NCBI GenBank assembly: GCA_963808735.1
Contig: CAWEHE010000011.1
Span: forward strand, 105,607 to 169,606
Reading direction: 5' to 3'
Origin: an uncultured Thermoleophilia bacterium
GTDB taxonomy: Bacteria; Actinomycetota; Thermoleophilia; UBA2241
Length of the DNA: 64,000 nucleotides
Positions within the stretch are counted from its first letter, which is position 1. Every line of letters starts with the position of its first letter. Below are positions 37,252-48,463 of the stretch, one piece after another. The notes below the pieces were generated by a model that was not told the origin of the DNA, did no database searches, and saw nothing but the letters and a program-made list of their open reading frames with translations. The translations under genes were made by a program, and so were the position numbers.

Positions 37252-37779
37252 ATGGACGAACGGCGACTGCTGCGGCGGGCCACCGAAGCGGACGCTGCGT
37301 TCATCGCCGAGATGCTGGCGGAGGCGGCGAGCTGGGAGCGGCCGTCCGGCGAGCCGCCCCCTGCAGTGGCCGAGCTGCTCGCGGTCCCGCAGGTGGCCGA
37401 CTACGTCGAGGGGTGGGGCCGCCCCGGCGACGAAGGCGTGGTCGCCGAGGTGGACGGCGAGCCGGCCGGCGCCTGCTGGTACCGCCGCTTCACCGCCGAG
37501 AGACCGGGGTACGGCTTTCTGGGCGAGGAGGTCCCGGGGCTCGGCCTCGGCGTTTCGCCGGCCCATCGCCGCCGAGGCCTCGGCTCGGCGCTGCTCGCTG
37601 CGACCGTCGATCTCGCCCGCGAGCAGGGCATCGGGGCCCTCGGCCTCAGCGTCTCCGAGAGGAACGCGACCGCCCGCCGCCTCTACGAGCGGGCGGGCTT
37701 CGTCGTCGTCGATCGTGAGGGCGACTCACTCACCATGCGGCTGGATCTGCGCGGCCCGGCGACAGCAGACGCAGCCTGA
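37252..37779 (+). CDS. GNAT acetyltransferase
   Basis: GVSPAHRRRGLGSALL, LSVSERNATARRLYERAGF. Confidence 0.88.
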   Translation: MDERRLLRRATEADAAFIAEMLAEAASWERPSGEPPPAVAELLAVPQVADYVEGWGRPGDEGVVAEVDGEPAGACWYRRFTAERPGYGFLGEEVPGLGLGVSPAHRRRGLGSALLAATVDLAREQGIGALGLSVSERNATARRLYERAGFVVVDREGDSLTMRLDLRGPATADAA

Positions 37780-37786
37780 ACGCCGA

Positions 37787-37821
37787 AGAAGTCTCAACCT
37801 CTACTAAAGGATGAGACTTCT
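37787..37821. repeat. AT-rich inverted repeat between convergent genes (terminator or protein-binding site)
   Basis: AGAAGTCTCA-A-CCT-CTACTAA-AGG-A-TGAGACTTCT. Confidence 0.6.
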
Positions 37822-37863
37822 GCAGGCTGGCTCTTGCTCGTCTGAGGGGTCAGGTCTGGCGGC

Positions 37864-39000
37864 TCAGCCGACGGCCGGAGCGCACCAGCCCTTGGGTACG
37901 TAGGCGCAGTACGGCTCTTCGGCCATGTAGTCGCCGGTCGCCTCGTAGGCCCGCGCGCGGCAGCCGCCGCAGACCTTCTTGAACTCGCAGGCGCCGCACT
38001 TGCCCTTGAGGCCGTCGAAGTCGCGCAGTTCGTTGAAGAGCGGCGAGTCGCGCCAGACCTCGGGGAACGTCTGCTTGCGCACGTCGCCGGCGACCTTGTC
38101 GAAGTAGCCGCAGCCCTGCACTTCGCCGATGTGGCTGATGAAGCAGAAGCCGATGCCGGCGAGGCAGCCGCGGCTGAGCGTGTTCATGCCGCCGTGGCTG
38201 TGCGGGTGCACCTCGAGCTTGCGGCCCTGCGCCTTGGCGCGCTGGCGCATGACGCGCCAGTAGTGCGGCACGTCCGTGGGCTTCATGAACAGGTCGCTCT
38301 CCTGCTGGGCGTCGTACATCCACTCGAGCGCCTTCTCGTACTCGTCCGGCGGCAGCTCCTGCGCCTCCAGCTCCTTGCCGCGCCCGGTGGGGACGAGCAT
38401 GAACGGATGGAAGCTGACGGCGCCGAGATCGTCGGCGAGCTGGAGCAGCGCCGGCAGGTAGTGGACGTTGAGCTTGGTGATCGTCGAGTTGATCTGCACC
38501 TCGACGCCGGCGTCCAGGCAGTTGCGGATGCCCCGCACCGCCCCGTCGAAGGCGCCGGGGACGCCGCGGAACTCGTCGTGCTCCGCGGCGTTCGGGAAGT
38601 CGATGGAGATGCTCACGCGCGCGATGCCGACGTCGTGCATGCGCCGCGCGACCTCGGGCGTGACCAGCGTGCCGTTGGGCGACATGACCGTGCGCAGGCC
38701 CTTGCCGATGGCGTACTCGGCGATGTCGAAGATGTCGGCGCGCATGAGCGGGTCGCCGCCCGTCAGGATGAGGATCGGGTTGGCGAACGAGGCGATCTGG
38801 TCGACCAGCGTGAACGCCTCGGCCGTGCTGAGCTCGCCCGCGTAGGGTCCGTGGACGGCGCTGGCGCGGCAGTGCACGCAGGCGAGGTTGCAGCTGCGCG
38901 TGACCTCCCAGGCGATCACGCGCGGAGGTGCGACGCCGTCCCCGGCGTCGCCGGGCCGCGCGGTCATGGCGTGGGGGTTTTCAGCGTGTGGATGATGCAA
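37864..39000 (-). CDS. ahbD: Haem b synthase (radical SAM/SPASM, alternative haem pathway)
   Basis: IAWEVTRSCNLACVHCRASA, RGCLAGIGFCFISHIGEVQGCGY, GKCGACEFKKVCGGCRARAY; lies next to hemB. Confidence 0.85.
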   Translation of the reverse strand: MHHPHAENPHAMTARPGDAGDGVAPPRVIAWEVTRSCNLACVHCRASAVHGPYAGELSTAEAFTLVDQIASFANPILILTGGDPLMRADIFDIAEYAIGKGLRTVMSPNGTLVTPEVARRMHDVGIARVSISIDFPNAAEHDEFRGVPGAFDGAVRGIRNCLDAGVEVQINSTITKLNVHYLPALLQLADDLGAVSFHPFMLVPTGRGKELEAQELPPDEYEKALEWMYDAQQESDLFMKPTDVPHYWRVMRQRAKAQGRKLEVHPHSHGGMNTLSRGCLAGIGFCFISHIGEVQGCGYFDKVAGDVRKQTFPEVWRDSPLFNELRDFDGLKGKCGACEFKKVCGGCRARAYEATGDYMAEEPYCAYVPKGWCAPAVG

Positions 39001-39079
39001 ACCGGTACCAGTGTGCCAGAGACGGGCGGGCGGCGCAACGCACGAACGGGTGCGCCGCCCGGCCCTCTCCGACAGCCGC

Positions 39080-40051
39080 CTACGCGATCCAGGCGGCGAT
39101 GTCCTTGGCGTGGTAGGTGATGATGAGGTCGGCGCCGGCGCGCTTGATGCCGGTGACCGCTTCCATGACGGCGCGCTGCTCGTCGAGCCAGCCGTTGGCC
39201 GCCGCCGCCTTGATCATCGCATACTCGCCGCTCACGTTGTACGCCGCCAGCGGGAACTTCGTCTCCTGCTTGACGGCGTGGATGACGTCGAGGAACGGGA
39301 TCGCCGGCTTGACCATGATGATGTCGGCGCCTTCCTCGATGTCGAGGAGCGACTCGCGCACGGCCTCCTCGAGGTTGGCCGGGTCCATCTGGTAGGTCTT
39401 GCGGTCGCCGAACGCCGGCGCCGACCCGGCCGCCTCGCGGAACGGCCCGTAGAAGGCCGAGGCGAACTTGCTCGAGTACGACATCAGGATCGTCTCCGTG
39501 AGGCCCTCGTCGTCGAGCGCGTTGCGGATGGCGGCGACGCGCCCGTCCATCATGTCGCTCGGGGCGACGATGTCGGCTCCGCTCTCGGCGTGTGTGATCG
39601 CCATCTTCGAGAGCAGTTCCAGGGTGACGTCGTTGACGATCTCGCCGTCGTGGATCACACCGCAGTGGCCGTGGTCCATGTACTCGCAGAGGCACACGTC
39701 GGTGATCACGATGAGGTCCGGGAACTCGTCCTTGATCGCGCGCACCGCCATCTGGACGACGCCCTCGGAGTCGTAGGCGCCGCTCGCGGCGGAGTCCTTG
39801 TGCGACGGGATGCCGAACAGCAGCACCGCCGGGATGCCGAGCCTGACGATCTCTCGCACCTCGGGCAGCAGGTTGCCGATGGAGAGCTGGAAGCAACCGG
39901 GCATCGACGAGATGGGGTTCTTGACGTTCTCGCCCGCGATGACGAAGAGCGGGTAGATGAGGTCCTCGAGATGAAGCCTGGTCTCGCGCACCATGTCCCG
40001 GATGGCCGGGGTGCTGCGCAGGCGCCTCATGCGGTAGCTGGGGTAGTACAT
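39080..40051 (-). CDS. hemB: Porphobilinogen synthase
   Basis: DVCLCEYMDHGHCG, APSDMMDGRV, FYGPFREAA, MVKPA, AAYNVSGEY. Confidence 0.97.
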   Translation of the reverse strand: MYYPSYRMRRLRSTPAIRDMVRETRLHLEDLIYPLFVIAGENVKNPISSMPGCFQLSIGNLLPEVREIVRLGIPAVLLFGIPSHKDSAASGAYDSEGVVQMAVRAIKDEFPDLIVITDVCLCEYMDHGHCGVIHDGEIVNDVTLELLSKMAITHAESGADIVAPSDMMDGRVAAIRNALDDEGLTETILMSYSSKFASAFYGPFREAAGSAPAFGDRKTYQMDPANLEEAVRESLLDIEEGADIIMVKPAIPFLDVIHAVKQETKFPLAAYNVSGEYAMIKAAAANGWLDEQRAVMEAVTGIKRAGADLIITYHAKDIAAWIA

Positions 40052-40174
40052 GCGCTGGCGTCCTTTCTTCGTGCGGGCCCGGACGCGACCCGCCCGGACG
40101 GTCAATCTTCGCGCCGTGGCGCACGGATGACAAGTGCGGACGGGCGTTGGACGCCGGGCGCGGAGCGGCGCGGC

Positions 40175-41470
40175 TCAGCCGGCGGACCGCGCCTCCGCCA
40201 GCTGCAGAGCCGACCTGACGACGCCGGTCACCGACTCCCGATCGCGGAGATGGCAGGGCAGCACCGGCGTCTTGGCGTCGAGGCCGAGCGCCTTGGTCAT
40301 CTGCTTCACCGTCAATTCCTCGCCGGCCATCGACATGTAGGTGGCGACGACGTAGGTCGCGTGGTCCAGGCTCTTGACGAACTCGAGGTCCGCCTGCGTG
40401 GAGCGCAGGCTGTCGGCGTCGTTGGCGTTGGCGAGCAGGACCCAGGCCGAGCACTCCCCGGCCAGGCGCTTCCACGCCTGCTCGGGACAGGTGGAGGCGG
40501 CGGTGAAGACGACGACGTCCTCGTCGTCGTGACCGTCGGCTTCGGCCTCCGTGGCGGCGGCTCCGTTCCCATTACTCCCCGTCAGCTGGCCGGCCACCAC
40601 GGGGATCTCGACCTCCTTCTCGTCGATGAGCTCGACCCGGAGCTGCTTGACCACGTTGGAGTCGGTGAGCGTGTTGATGAAGACCTCGTTGTAGATGTCG
40701 ATGGGCCCGCGGACGGCGACACTCGGCCCCCTGCCGATGCCCTCGATAACGGCGTCGCTCACGGTGATGAGCCCGCTCGAGAACAGGCCGTAGATGACCT
40801 TGGCGCCGTGGAAGCGGTCGAGACCGCAGTCGCGGAGGATCGTGTTGATGTCGGCGCGACCGTCGATGTGGACGACCACGCGCCACTCCTCGGCGGTCAG
40901 GGTGAGGGAGCCCTCGGCATCGACGTGATCGCCGTAGGCCAGGTGCGGGACGCGCTCCAGCGATCCCAGCTGCTCGAAGATCAGCTCCCACTCGTCGATG
41001 CGGCGGCAGCCCTCCATGATGACCGTCTCGACGCTCATCTCGACGAGGATGTCCTCGTCCAGCGGGCTCTCCTCGGCGCCGAACTCGAACTCGCCGTCCG
41101 ACCAGCTGAAGAAGTTGAAGGCGGTGTCCTGGATCTGCTCGCGCACCGCCTGCTCGAGGGTCTCCCTGTCGATCCGGCCCTGCTGGAGGAGGATGCTGCC
41201 GATCCGGGCGCCTTCGCCCGCCTTCTTCTGGGCGGCAAGGGCCTCCTCGAGCTGCGCGCCGCTGATGGCGCCGGCTTTGATCAGGCGCTCGCCGAGCGGC
41301 AGCAACTGCGGCGCCGCGTAGGCGTAGTAGATCATCCCGTTGCGGAAGAAGATCTTGCCCGACTCACCCTCGCGGCGGATGGTGAGCGCCCCGCTCTTGG
41401 CGCTCATCTTCACCAGTTGGAGGATGTTGGGGAGGCTGAACTCCTGCAGGTTGCCCTGGAGAAGCATCAT
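40175..41470 (-). CDS. DUF4388 (PatA-N) protein with a degenerate small-GTPase-like C-terminal domain
   Basis: LQGNLQEFSLPNILQLV...SGALTI...GKIFFRNG, LGERLI, FSWSDGEFEF, MEGCRRIDEW; AAAGGAGG RBS. Confidence 0.85.
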   Translation of the reverse strand: MMLLQGNLQEFSLPNILQLVKMSAKSGALTIRREGESGKIFFRNGMIYYAYAAPQLLPLGERLIKAGAISGAQLEEALAAQKKAGEGARIGSILLQQGRIDRETLEQAVREQIQDTAFNFFSWSDGEFEFGAEESPLDEDILVEMSVETVIMEGCRRIDEWELIFEQLGSLERVPHLAYGDHVDAEGSLTLTAEEWRVVVHIDGRADINTILRDCGLDRFHGAKVIYGLFSSGLITVSDAVIEGIGRGPSVAVRGPIDIYNEVFINTLTDSNVVKQLRVELIDEKEVEIPVVAGQLTGSNGNGAAATEAEADGHDDEDVVVFTAASTCPEQAWKRLAGECSAWVLLANANDADSLRSTQADLEFVKSLDHATYVVATYMSMAGEELTVKQMTKALGLDAKTPVLPCHLRDRESVTGVVRSALQLAEARSAG

Positions 41471-41607
41471 CCTCCTTTCGTGACCGGCGCCCGCGCGGGG
41501 CGAGGCCGCGCCCGTGCGCCGCCTCGTATCCTCCATCGGCAACGCCGACCACGACTTGAGACTGGAGCGGCGGCCGCAGACCTCGCCGCGGCGGCTCGAC
41601 GAGCCGG

Positions 41608-42954
41608 TCAGGCCTGAGCGTCCGCGCGGCGCGCGCGGGCGCCGACCTCCACCGCCTCGCCGAGGGCGTCGCCGGGCGCCGGTCCGTCCGGCAGGCAGAC
41701 CGGCGCCTCGCACGAGCCCTCCTCGACCTCGCGGTGCCGCAGGGCGAGGACGGCGCCGGTGGCGGTGGCCAGGGCGGCGATGCCGCCGACCGCCACCGCC
41801 CAGCGCACGCCGAACCCCCGCACGATGAGGCCGGTCACCGGCCCACCTATCGGAGTGCTGCCGAGGAAGACGATCGACCACAGGGCCATGACGCGGCCAC
41901 GCATGGCGTCGGGCGCGTTGACCTGCAGCAACGCGTTGGTCGTGCTGATGAAGAGGACGGCGCCCGCGCCGACGAGCACGAGGAGCGCCGCTCCCATCGC
42001 GTACCCCGGCGCGACGGCGAGCACGAGGGTGACGATGCCGAACCCGAAGGTGCTCGCCACGAGCAGCCGCCGCGACGGTCGCGCCCTGCTGGCCATCAGC
42101 AGAGCGCCGGCGAGCGCGCCCACGCCCATGGCCGCCGAGAGGATGCCGTAGGCGCCGCCGCCGCGGCCGTACACGTCTTTCGTGAGCAGCGGCAGGATGA
42201 CCGAGTAGTTGTAGGCGAGCGTGCTGACCACGGCCAGCATCACCAGCGGCACGCGGAGCGACGGCGTCCGCCACACGAAGCGGAATCCCTCGCGCACCTG
42301 GCCCGGCTGCCGCCGCACGGGCTTCGACGGAGAGAGCTCCGCCTTGCGCATGAGCAAGAACGCGACGATGACGGCCACATAGGAGGCAGCGTTGAGGAAG
42401 AAGCACGGTGCGACTCCGGCGCCGGCGATGATCACGCCCCCGATCGCCGGCCCGATGATGCGCGACGCGTTGATGACGACCGAGTTGAGGCCGACGGCAT
42501 TGGCCAGGTCGTCGGGTCCCACGATCTCGTAGACGAAGCTCTGCCGGGACGGCAGGTCGAGCGCGAGCACGATGCCGTTGAGGCCGGTGATGACCCAGAT
42601 CATCCACAGCGTGACGACGTCGGTGGCGGCGAGCACGCCGAGGACGACGGCGAGCAGCGCGGCGACCGTCTGGGTGATGAGGAGCAGCCGGCGCTTGTCG
42701 ACCCGGTCGGCGAGCACCCCGGCCCACGGGCCCAGGACGAGCACCGGACCAAACTGCAGCCCGACGGTGATTCCGAGGGCGACACCGCTGCTGGTGAGCT
42801 CGAGGACCAGCCAGTTCTGGGCGAGCGACTGCATCCAGGTGCCGCTCATGGACACGATCTGGCCGAAGAAGTACAGGCGGAAGTTGAACGTGTGGAGCGA
42901 GCGGAACGTACGGCGCAGCAGGCCGGGCCCCGGAGCGGGAGCGGTGACGGTCAT
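41608..42954 (-). CDS. MFS transporter (MFS_3/DHA3-like)
   Basis: NFRLYFFGQIVSMSGTWMQ, GVLADRVDKRRLL. TACACT just before the ATG suggests a leaderless mRNA. Confidence 0.92.
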   Translation of the reverse strand: MTVTAPAPGPGLLRRTFRSLHTFNFRLYFFGQIVSMSGTWMQSLAQNWLVLELTSSGVALGITVGLQFGPVLVLGPWAGVLADRVDKRRLLLITQTVAALLAVVLGVLAATDVVTLWMIWVITGLNGIVLALDLPSRQSFVYEIVGPDDLANAVGLNSVVINASRIIGPAIGGVIIAGAGVAPCFFLNAASYVAVIVAFLLMRKAELSPSKPVRRQPGQVREGFRFVWRTPSLRVPLVMLAVVSTLAYNYSVILPLLTKDVYGRGGGAYGILSAAMGVGALAGALLMASRARPSRRLLVASTFGFGIVTLVLAVAPGYAMGAALLVLVGAGAVLFISTTNALLQVNAPDAMRGRVMALWSIVFLGSTPIGGPVTGLIVRGFGVRWAVAVGGIAALATATGAVLALRHREVEEGSCEAPVCLPDGPAPGDALGEAVEVGARARRADAQA

Positions 42955-43037
42955 ACCCCCAGTGTACCCGGCGACTCACAGCGGCGTCTCAGCGCCTTCG
43001 AGGCGCGGCGGGCCGTGCGCACGGTACGGAGGGGCCG

Positions 43038-43286
43038 TCAGACGCGGAGGAGGTACACCTGTCCGCTGCGGGTGACGACCTTGACGCTCGCGCCGGTCAC
43101 CGTCGCCGCCTTGCGCAGGCCGACGTTGACCGAGTTCGCCTTGCGGCCGGGCACCTCGACGAGCGCCGACGCGACTCCCGAGGCGACGAAGTCGGCGACG
43201 ATCTCCGCGTAGAGGCCGGCGCGCCTGCCGGCCATCGGCGGCACCTCGGCGGGGACCAGTCTGTAGGGCTTCGCGGTGCGGGGCAT
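43038..43286 (-). CDS. Small basic hypothetical protein (82 aa)
   Basis: GGAGG RBS before ATG 43286; codon usage typical for the genome. Confidence 0.6.
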   Translation of the reverse strand: MPRTAKPYRLVPAEVPPMAGRRAGLYAEIVADFVASGVASALVEVPGRKANSVNVGLRKAATVTGASVKVVTRSGQVYLLRV

Positions 43287-43414
43287 GGACGGCACCTCCA
43301 GTCGGCGTCTTGGCACGCCGCGCGGCGTGCACGGCGAGTCTACGCCACTCGCGCGCGGGGTACAGCAGAGCCACGGCCGACGGGACGACGCCGCGACGAG
43401 ACGGGAGGCCGGTC

Positions 43415-43798
43415 ATGATCGTGAAGAACGAGGCGCTGCTGCCGCTGTTCGCGGAGGTGAAGGCGCTGCTCCAACCCTACGCCGAGCGGCTGACAGTGCG
43501 CCGCGACGACCCCGGCTACTACGACCTCTGGTCGGAGAAGGACGTCGTCGTCGCGGACCGCGAGCGCAACGAGGTCAACTTCGCGGGGCTCGTCATCCAG
43601 AAGAGCCACGTCGGCCTCTACTTCATGCCCTTGTACGCCGACCAGGAGCTCTCCGCGTTGTTCGGCCCCGAGCTGCTGGCGACGCTCGCGGGCAAGTCGT
43701 GCTTCCGCCTCAGGCGGATGACGCCGGACCTCAGGGACCAGATCACAGCGGCGCTCGCCGCCGGCTGGCGCCTCTACGAGGAGCGCGGCTGGGTCTGA
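43415..43798 (+). CDS. DUF1801-like hypothetical protein
   Basis: FAGLVIQKSHVGLYFMPLY...LAGKSCF...YEERGWV; GGGAGG RBS. Confidence 0.7.
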   Translation: MIVKNEALLPLFAEVKALLQPYAERLTVRRDDPGYYDLWSEKDVVVADRERNEVNFAGLVIQKSHVGLYFMPLYADQELSALFGPELLATLAGKSCFRLRRMTPDLRDQITAALAAGWRLYEERGWV

Positions 43799-43986
43799 CG
43801 CCGCGGGGCCGCCGGAGGCGCGCGGGCGGCGCGGCGGCGCGCGAGACGGCGGCGCGGCGGCCACGGGCGGGTGGCGAGCGGGACGACGGACCTTGACGCC
43901 GGCCCGTGCGCGGCCAACGATGTGGGGGTGACCATGACGCCGACGGCGGGACATCCCGCCGCGGCCGCAGCTCGGAGGGGGCAGTG

Positions 43987-44986
43987 ATGAAGAAGCTGAT
44001 CAACCGGCCGGAAGACGTCGTCAGGGAGGAACTCGCCGGCATCGCCCTGGCGCACGCCGGACGGCTCGTCGTCCACACGGACCCGCACTGGATCGCCCGC
44101 GCCGACGCCCCCGTCGCCGGCAAGGTGGCGCTCGTCTCCGGCGGCGGCTCCGGCCACGAGCCGCTGCACGGAGGCTTCGTCGGCCCGGGCATGCTCGACG
44201 CTGCCTGCCCGGGCGAGGTCTTCACCTCCCCGACGCCGGACCAGATGCTCGCGGCGACGCAGGCGGTCGACGGCGGCGCCGGGAGTCTGCACATCGTCAA
44301 GAACTACACCGGCGACGTCATGAACTTCGAGATGGCCGCCGACCTCGCACGCGACGAGGGATTCTCCGTGGAGCAGGTGCTGATCGACGACGACGTCGCC
44401 GTCAAGGACAGCCTGTACACAGCCGGGCGCCGCGGCGTGGGCGCGACCCTGCTCGCCGAGAAGATCTGCGGCGCCGCAGCGGAGGAGGGCCGGCCGCTCG
44501 CCGACGTCGCCGGCCTCTGCCGCAAGGTCAACGAGTACCAGCCGCAGCATGGGCGTGGCGCTGACCTCGTGCACCACGCCCATGGCCGGCAAGCCGACCT
44601 TCGACCTGCCGGACGACGAGATGGAGGTGGGCGTCGGCATCCACGGCGAGCCCGGGCGCGAGCGCCGGCCGCTGGCGAGCGCACGCGAGGTCGTGGAGAC
44701 GCTCGCGGAGGCGGTGGTCGACGACCTCCCCTACGTGAGCGGCGACCGGGTGCTCGCCTTCGTCAACGGCATGGGCGGCACGCCGCTCATGGAGCTGTAC
44801 GTCGTCTACGCCGAACTGCATCGCTGCCTCGAGGAGCGGGGCATCACGCATCGCGCGCAACCTCGTTGGCTCCTACGTCACGTCGCTCGACATGGCCGGC
44901 TGCTCGATCACGCTGTTGCGTCTCGACGACGAGCTGACGCGGCTCTGGGACGCGCCCGTCGACACGCCCGGCCTGCGGTGGGGCGC

Positions 44987-44990
<4 letters not shown>
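43987..44990 (+). CDS. dhaK: Dihydroxyacetone kinase subunit K, two frameshifts (near 44540 and 44850)
   Basis: [56 protein letters not shown]. Confidence 0.93.
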
Positions 44991-45662
<672 letters not shown>

Positions 45663-45664
45663 CC

Positions 45665-48254
45665 ATGGTCGGCCTCGTCCTCGTCAGTCACAGCGCGAAC
45701 GCTCGCCGAAGGCGTCGCCGAGCTGGCCGCCCAGATGGCCGGGCCCGACGTGCGCATCGGCTCCGCCGGCGGCCTGGACGAGCCCGGCGGCGCGCTGGGC
45801 ACGGACGCGACGAAGGTGCTGCGCGCCGTGGAGGACGTGTGGTCCGCGGACGGCGTCCTGGTCCTCATGGATCTGGGCAGCGCCGTCCTTTCGGCAGAGC
45901 TGGCGGTCGACCTCATGGACGAGGACCGGCGCGGACGCGTGCTGCTCACAGAGGCGCCGCTCGTGGAGGGCGCCGTCGCGGCGGCGGTGGCGGCGGGCAT
46001 CGGCGGGTCCCTGGAGGTGGTGGCCGCCGCGGCCAGAGGCGGCCTGACGGCCAAGGCCGCCCACCTCGCGCCGGCGGCGGGCGCCGCGGACGCCGGCCCG
46101 ATGGCCGGGCTCGCCGGTGAAGACGGCGCCGGTCGCAAGGGGCCCAAGGAGACACTCCGCATCACGGTCCTCAACCGGCTGGGTCTTCACGCCCGGCCGG
46201 CGGCGCTCCTCGTGCGCACCGCGAGCGGCTTCGACGCCGACGTCACCGTCGCCGGCGCGGCCAGCGGGCGTGGGCCCGTCAGCGCCCGCAGCCTGAACGG
46301 CGTCGCCACCCTCGGCGCTCGCCGAGGCGACGACCTCGTCGTGACCGCCACCGGGCCGCAGGCCGCCCAGGCACTCGCCGCCATCGCTCGCCTGGCGGAA
46401 GAGGGGTTCGGCGAGCCGGAGGACTTCCACCCGCAGGAGCCGGACACCACGCGGGCTGAGCAAGTGGACGACTGGTCGCCCTCGCGCGCACCAGTCGCTC
46501 CGGCGCCGGCGCCCGGCACGGTCCTGGCCGGCGTCCCGGCGTCCCCGGGCGCGGCCGTCGGACCGGCGCGGCGACTCGTAGAGGGCGCCGTGCCGATTCC
46601 CGATGCCCCCGCCGGCGAGCCGGCCGCCGAGTGGGACGCGCTGGGCGCCGCGCTCGAGGCGACGTCCGCGGACGTGCTGCGGGCACGGGCGTCGCTGGAG
46701 GGCGTCGCCGGCGGGCAGGACGCGGCGATCTTCGACGCCCATCTGCTCTTTCTGGAGGACGAGGCCCTGCTCGCGCCCACCCGAACCGGCGTCTTCGACC
46801 ACGGCGAGTCGGCGGCGCGCGCGTGGCGCGCGGCGGTCGCCGCGGCGGCGCAGGCATGGGACGCCCTCGAGGACCCCTACCAGCGCGCCCGGGCGGCCGA
46901 CCTGCGCAGCGTCGGCGACCAGGTGCTCGGCCACCTGCTCGGAGTGAGCCCCACGATGAGCGCGACCGGCCCGGGCGTCGTGATCGCTCCGGACCTCAGC
47001 CCGGCGCAGGTCGTGGGGCTCGACCGCGCCGCGACAGCGGGCGTCGCCTGCGCGTTCGGCGGCCCGACGTCGCACGCGGCCATCCTCGCCCGCGCGCTCG
47101 GCCTGCCGGCCGTCGTCGGCGCGGGCGCCGGGCTCCTGGCGGTGGCCGACGGCACGCTCCTCGCCGTCGACGGCGACGCCGGGACGGTCACCGTGGAGCC
47201 CGCGCCCGACGCGGTCGCGGCGGTGGACCGGCGGCGGCAGGCGCAAGAGAGCGAGGCCGCCGAGGCACGAGCGGCGGCCGGGCGGGCGGCGGTCACGCGT
47301 GACGGGGAGATCGTGCGCGTCGAGGCCAACGTCGCGGGGCCGGACGAGGCACGGGCGGCCGTCGTCGCCGGCGCCGACGGCGTCGGCCTGCTGCGCACCG
47401 AGTTCCTGTTCCTCGAGGCCGCCTCCATGCCGGACGAGGAGGAGCAGGCGGCCGCCTACGCCGCCGTGGCGGCGGCGCTGCAGGGCCGCCCCCTGACGAT
47501 CCGCACGCTCGACGCCGGCGCGGACAAGCCGCTCCCGTACCTCCCCACGCCGCCTGAGGCGAACCCCTTCCTCGGCGTGCGCGGCCTCAGGCTGGGGCTC
47601 GCCCATCCCGAGCAGCTGCTCTGCCAGCTTCGCGCCGTCCTGCGCGTCGCCGCGGCGCACCCGGTGCGCGTCATGTTCCCGATGGTCGCCACGGTCGACG
47701 AGCTCTCACGGGCGCGGGAGCTCGTGGACGAAGCCCGTGCGTCGCTCGCGGCGCGCGGCGTCGCCGTCCCCGCGCGCCTCGAGGTCGGCATCATGGTGGA
47801 GGTCCCGTCGGCCGCCCTCGTCGCGGCGAAGCTGGCGCCGCTCGTCGACTTCTTCTCCGTGGGCACCAACGACCTGACGCAGTACACGCTCGCGGCGGAA
47901 CGCGGCAACGCCGGCGTCGCCGCGCTGGCCGATCCGCTGCACCCGGCCGTGCTGCGGCTCATCGACATGACGGCCCGGGCGGCCGACGCGGCGGGCCGGG
48001 AGGTCGCCGTGTGCGGCGAGATCGCCGGCGATCGTCTGGCGGTGCCGCTGCTGCTGGGGCTGGGCGTGCGGGAACTCTCCATGAGCCCGGTCGCCATCCC
48101 CGCGGTCAAGCAGGCGGTTCGCGCGACCGACGCGGCGGCCGCCCGCCGAATGGCAGACGAGGCGCTTGCCGCCGAGTCGGCAGCCGCCGTCAGGGAGCTG
48201 CTTGCGGCGGCGGTCCGGGGCGGGCCGGCGACGCACCGTGGCGCCGCTGACTAG
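45665..48254 (+). CDS. DhaM(EIIA)-HPr-Enzyme I multiphosphoryl-transfer fusion, frameshift near 45700
   Basis: MVGLVLVSHS and MDLGSA (DhaM), GLHARPAA (HPr), SHAAILARALG, GVGLLRTEFLF, FSVGTNDLTQY, CGEIA (complete EI). Confidence 0.9.
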
Positions 48255-48463
48255 TGCTGCGTCGTGTCCCGGCCTGAGGTCTGGGCGTCGCGCCAGTGCC
48301 GCCGGCAGGCCGGTGCGAGATACCACGCACCCGACTCCGCCTGTACCGGCACCCGGATCACGTCCGAGTCACCGCCGTCGGGCAGCGGCAGACCACAGAA
48401 GTGGCAGTGCTGCTGCTCGTGCTCGTCGCCTTCACTGAAGAACGGGAACAGTGGTTCCTCCAC
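48251..48463 (-). CDS. Small putative Zn-binding protein (70 aa)
   Basis: Strong RBS GGAAGGAGGA before GTG; CHFC...CRRH pairs. Confidence 0.55.
   Translation of the reverse strand: MEEPLFPFFSEGDEHEQQHCHFCGLPLPDGGDSDVIRVPVQAESGAWYLAPACRRHWRDAQTSGRDTTQH

Noticed and set aside
40175-42979. 934-aa ORF, and similarly extended ORFs 34679..36442, 52927..55485 and 4642..6027
   Set aside because: The N-terminal extensions are off-frame or antisense read-through of neighbouring genes in high-GC DNA. The real starts have their own RBS or gene coupling further in.
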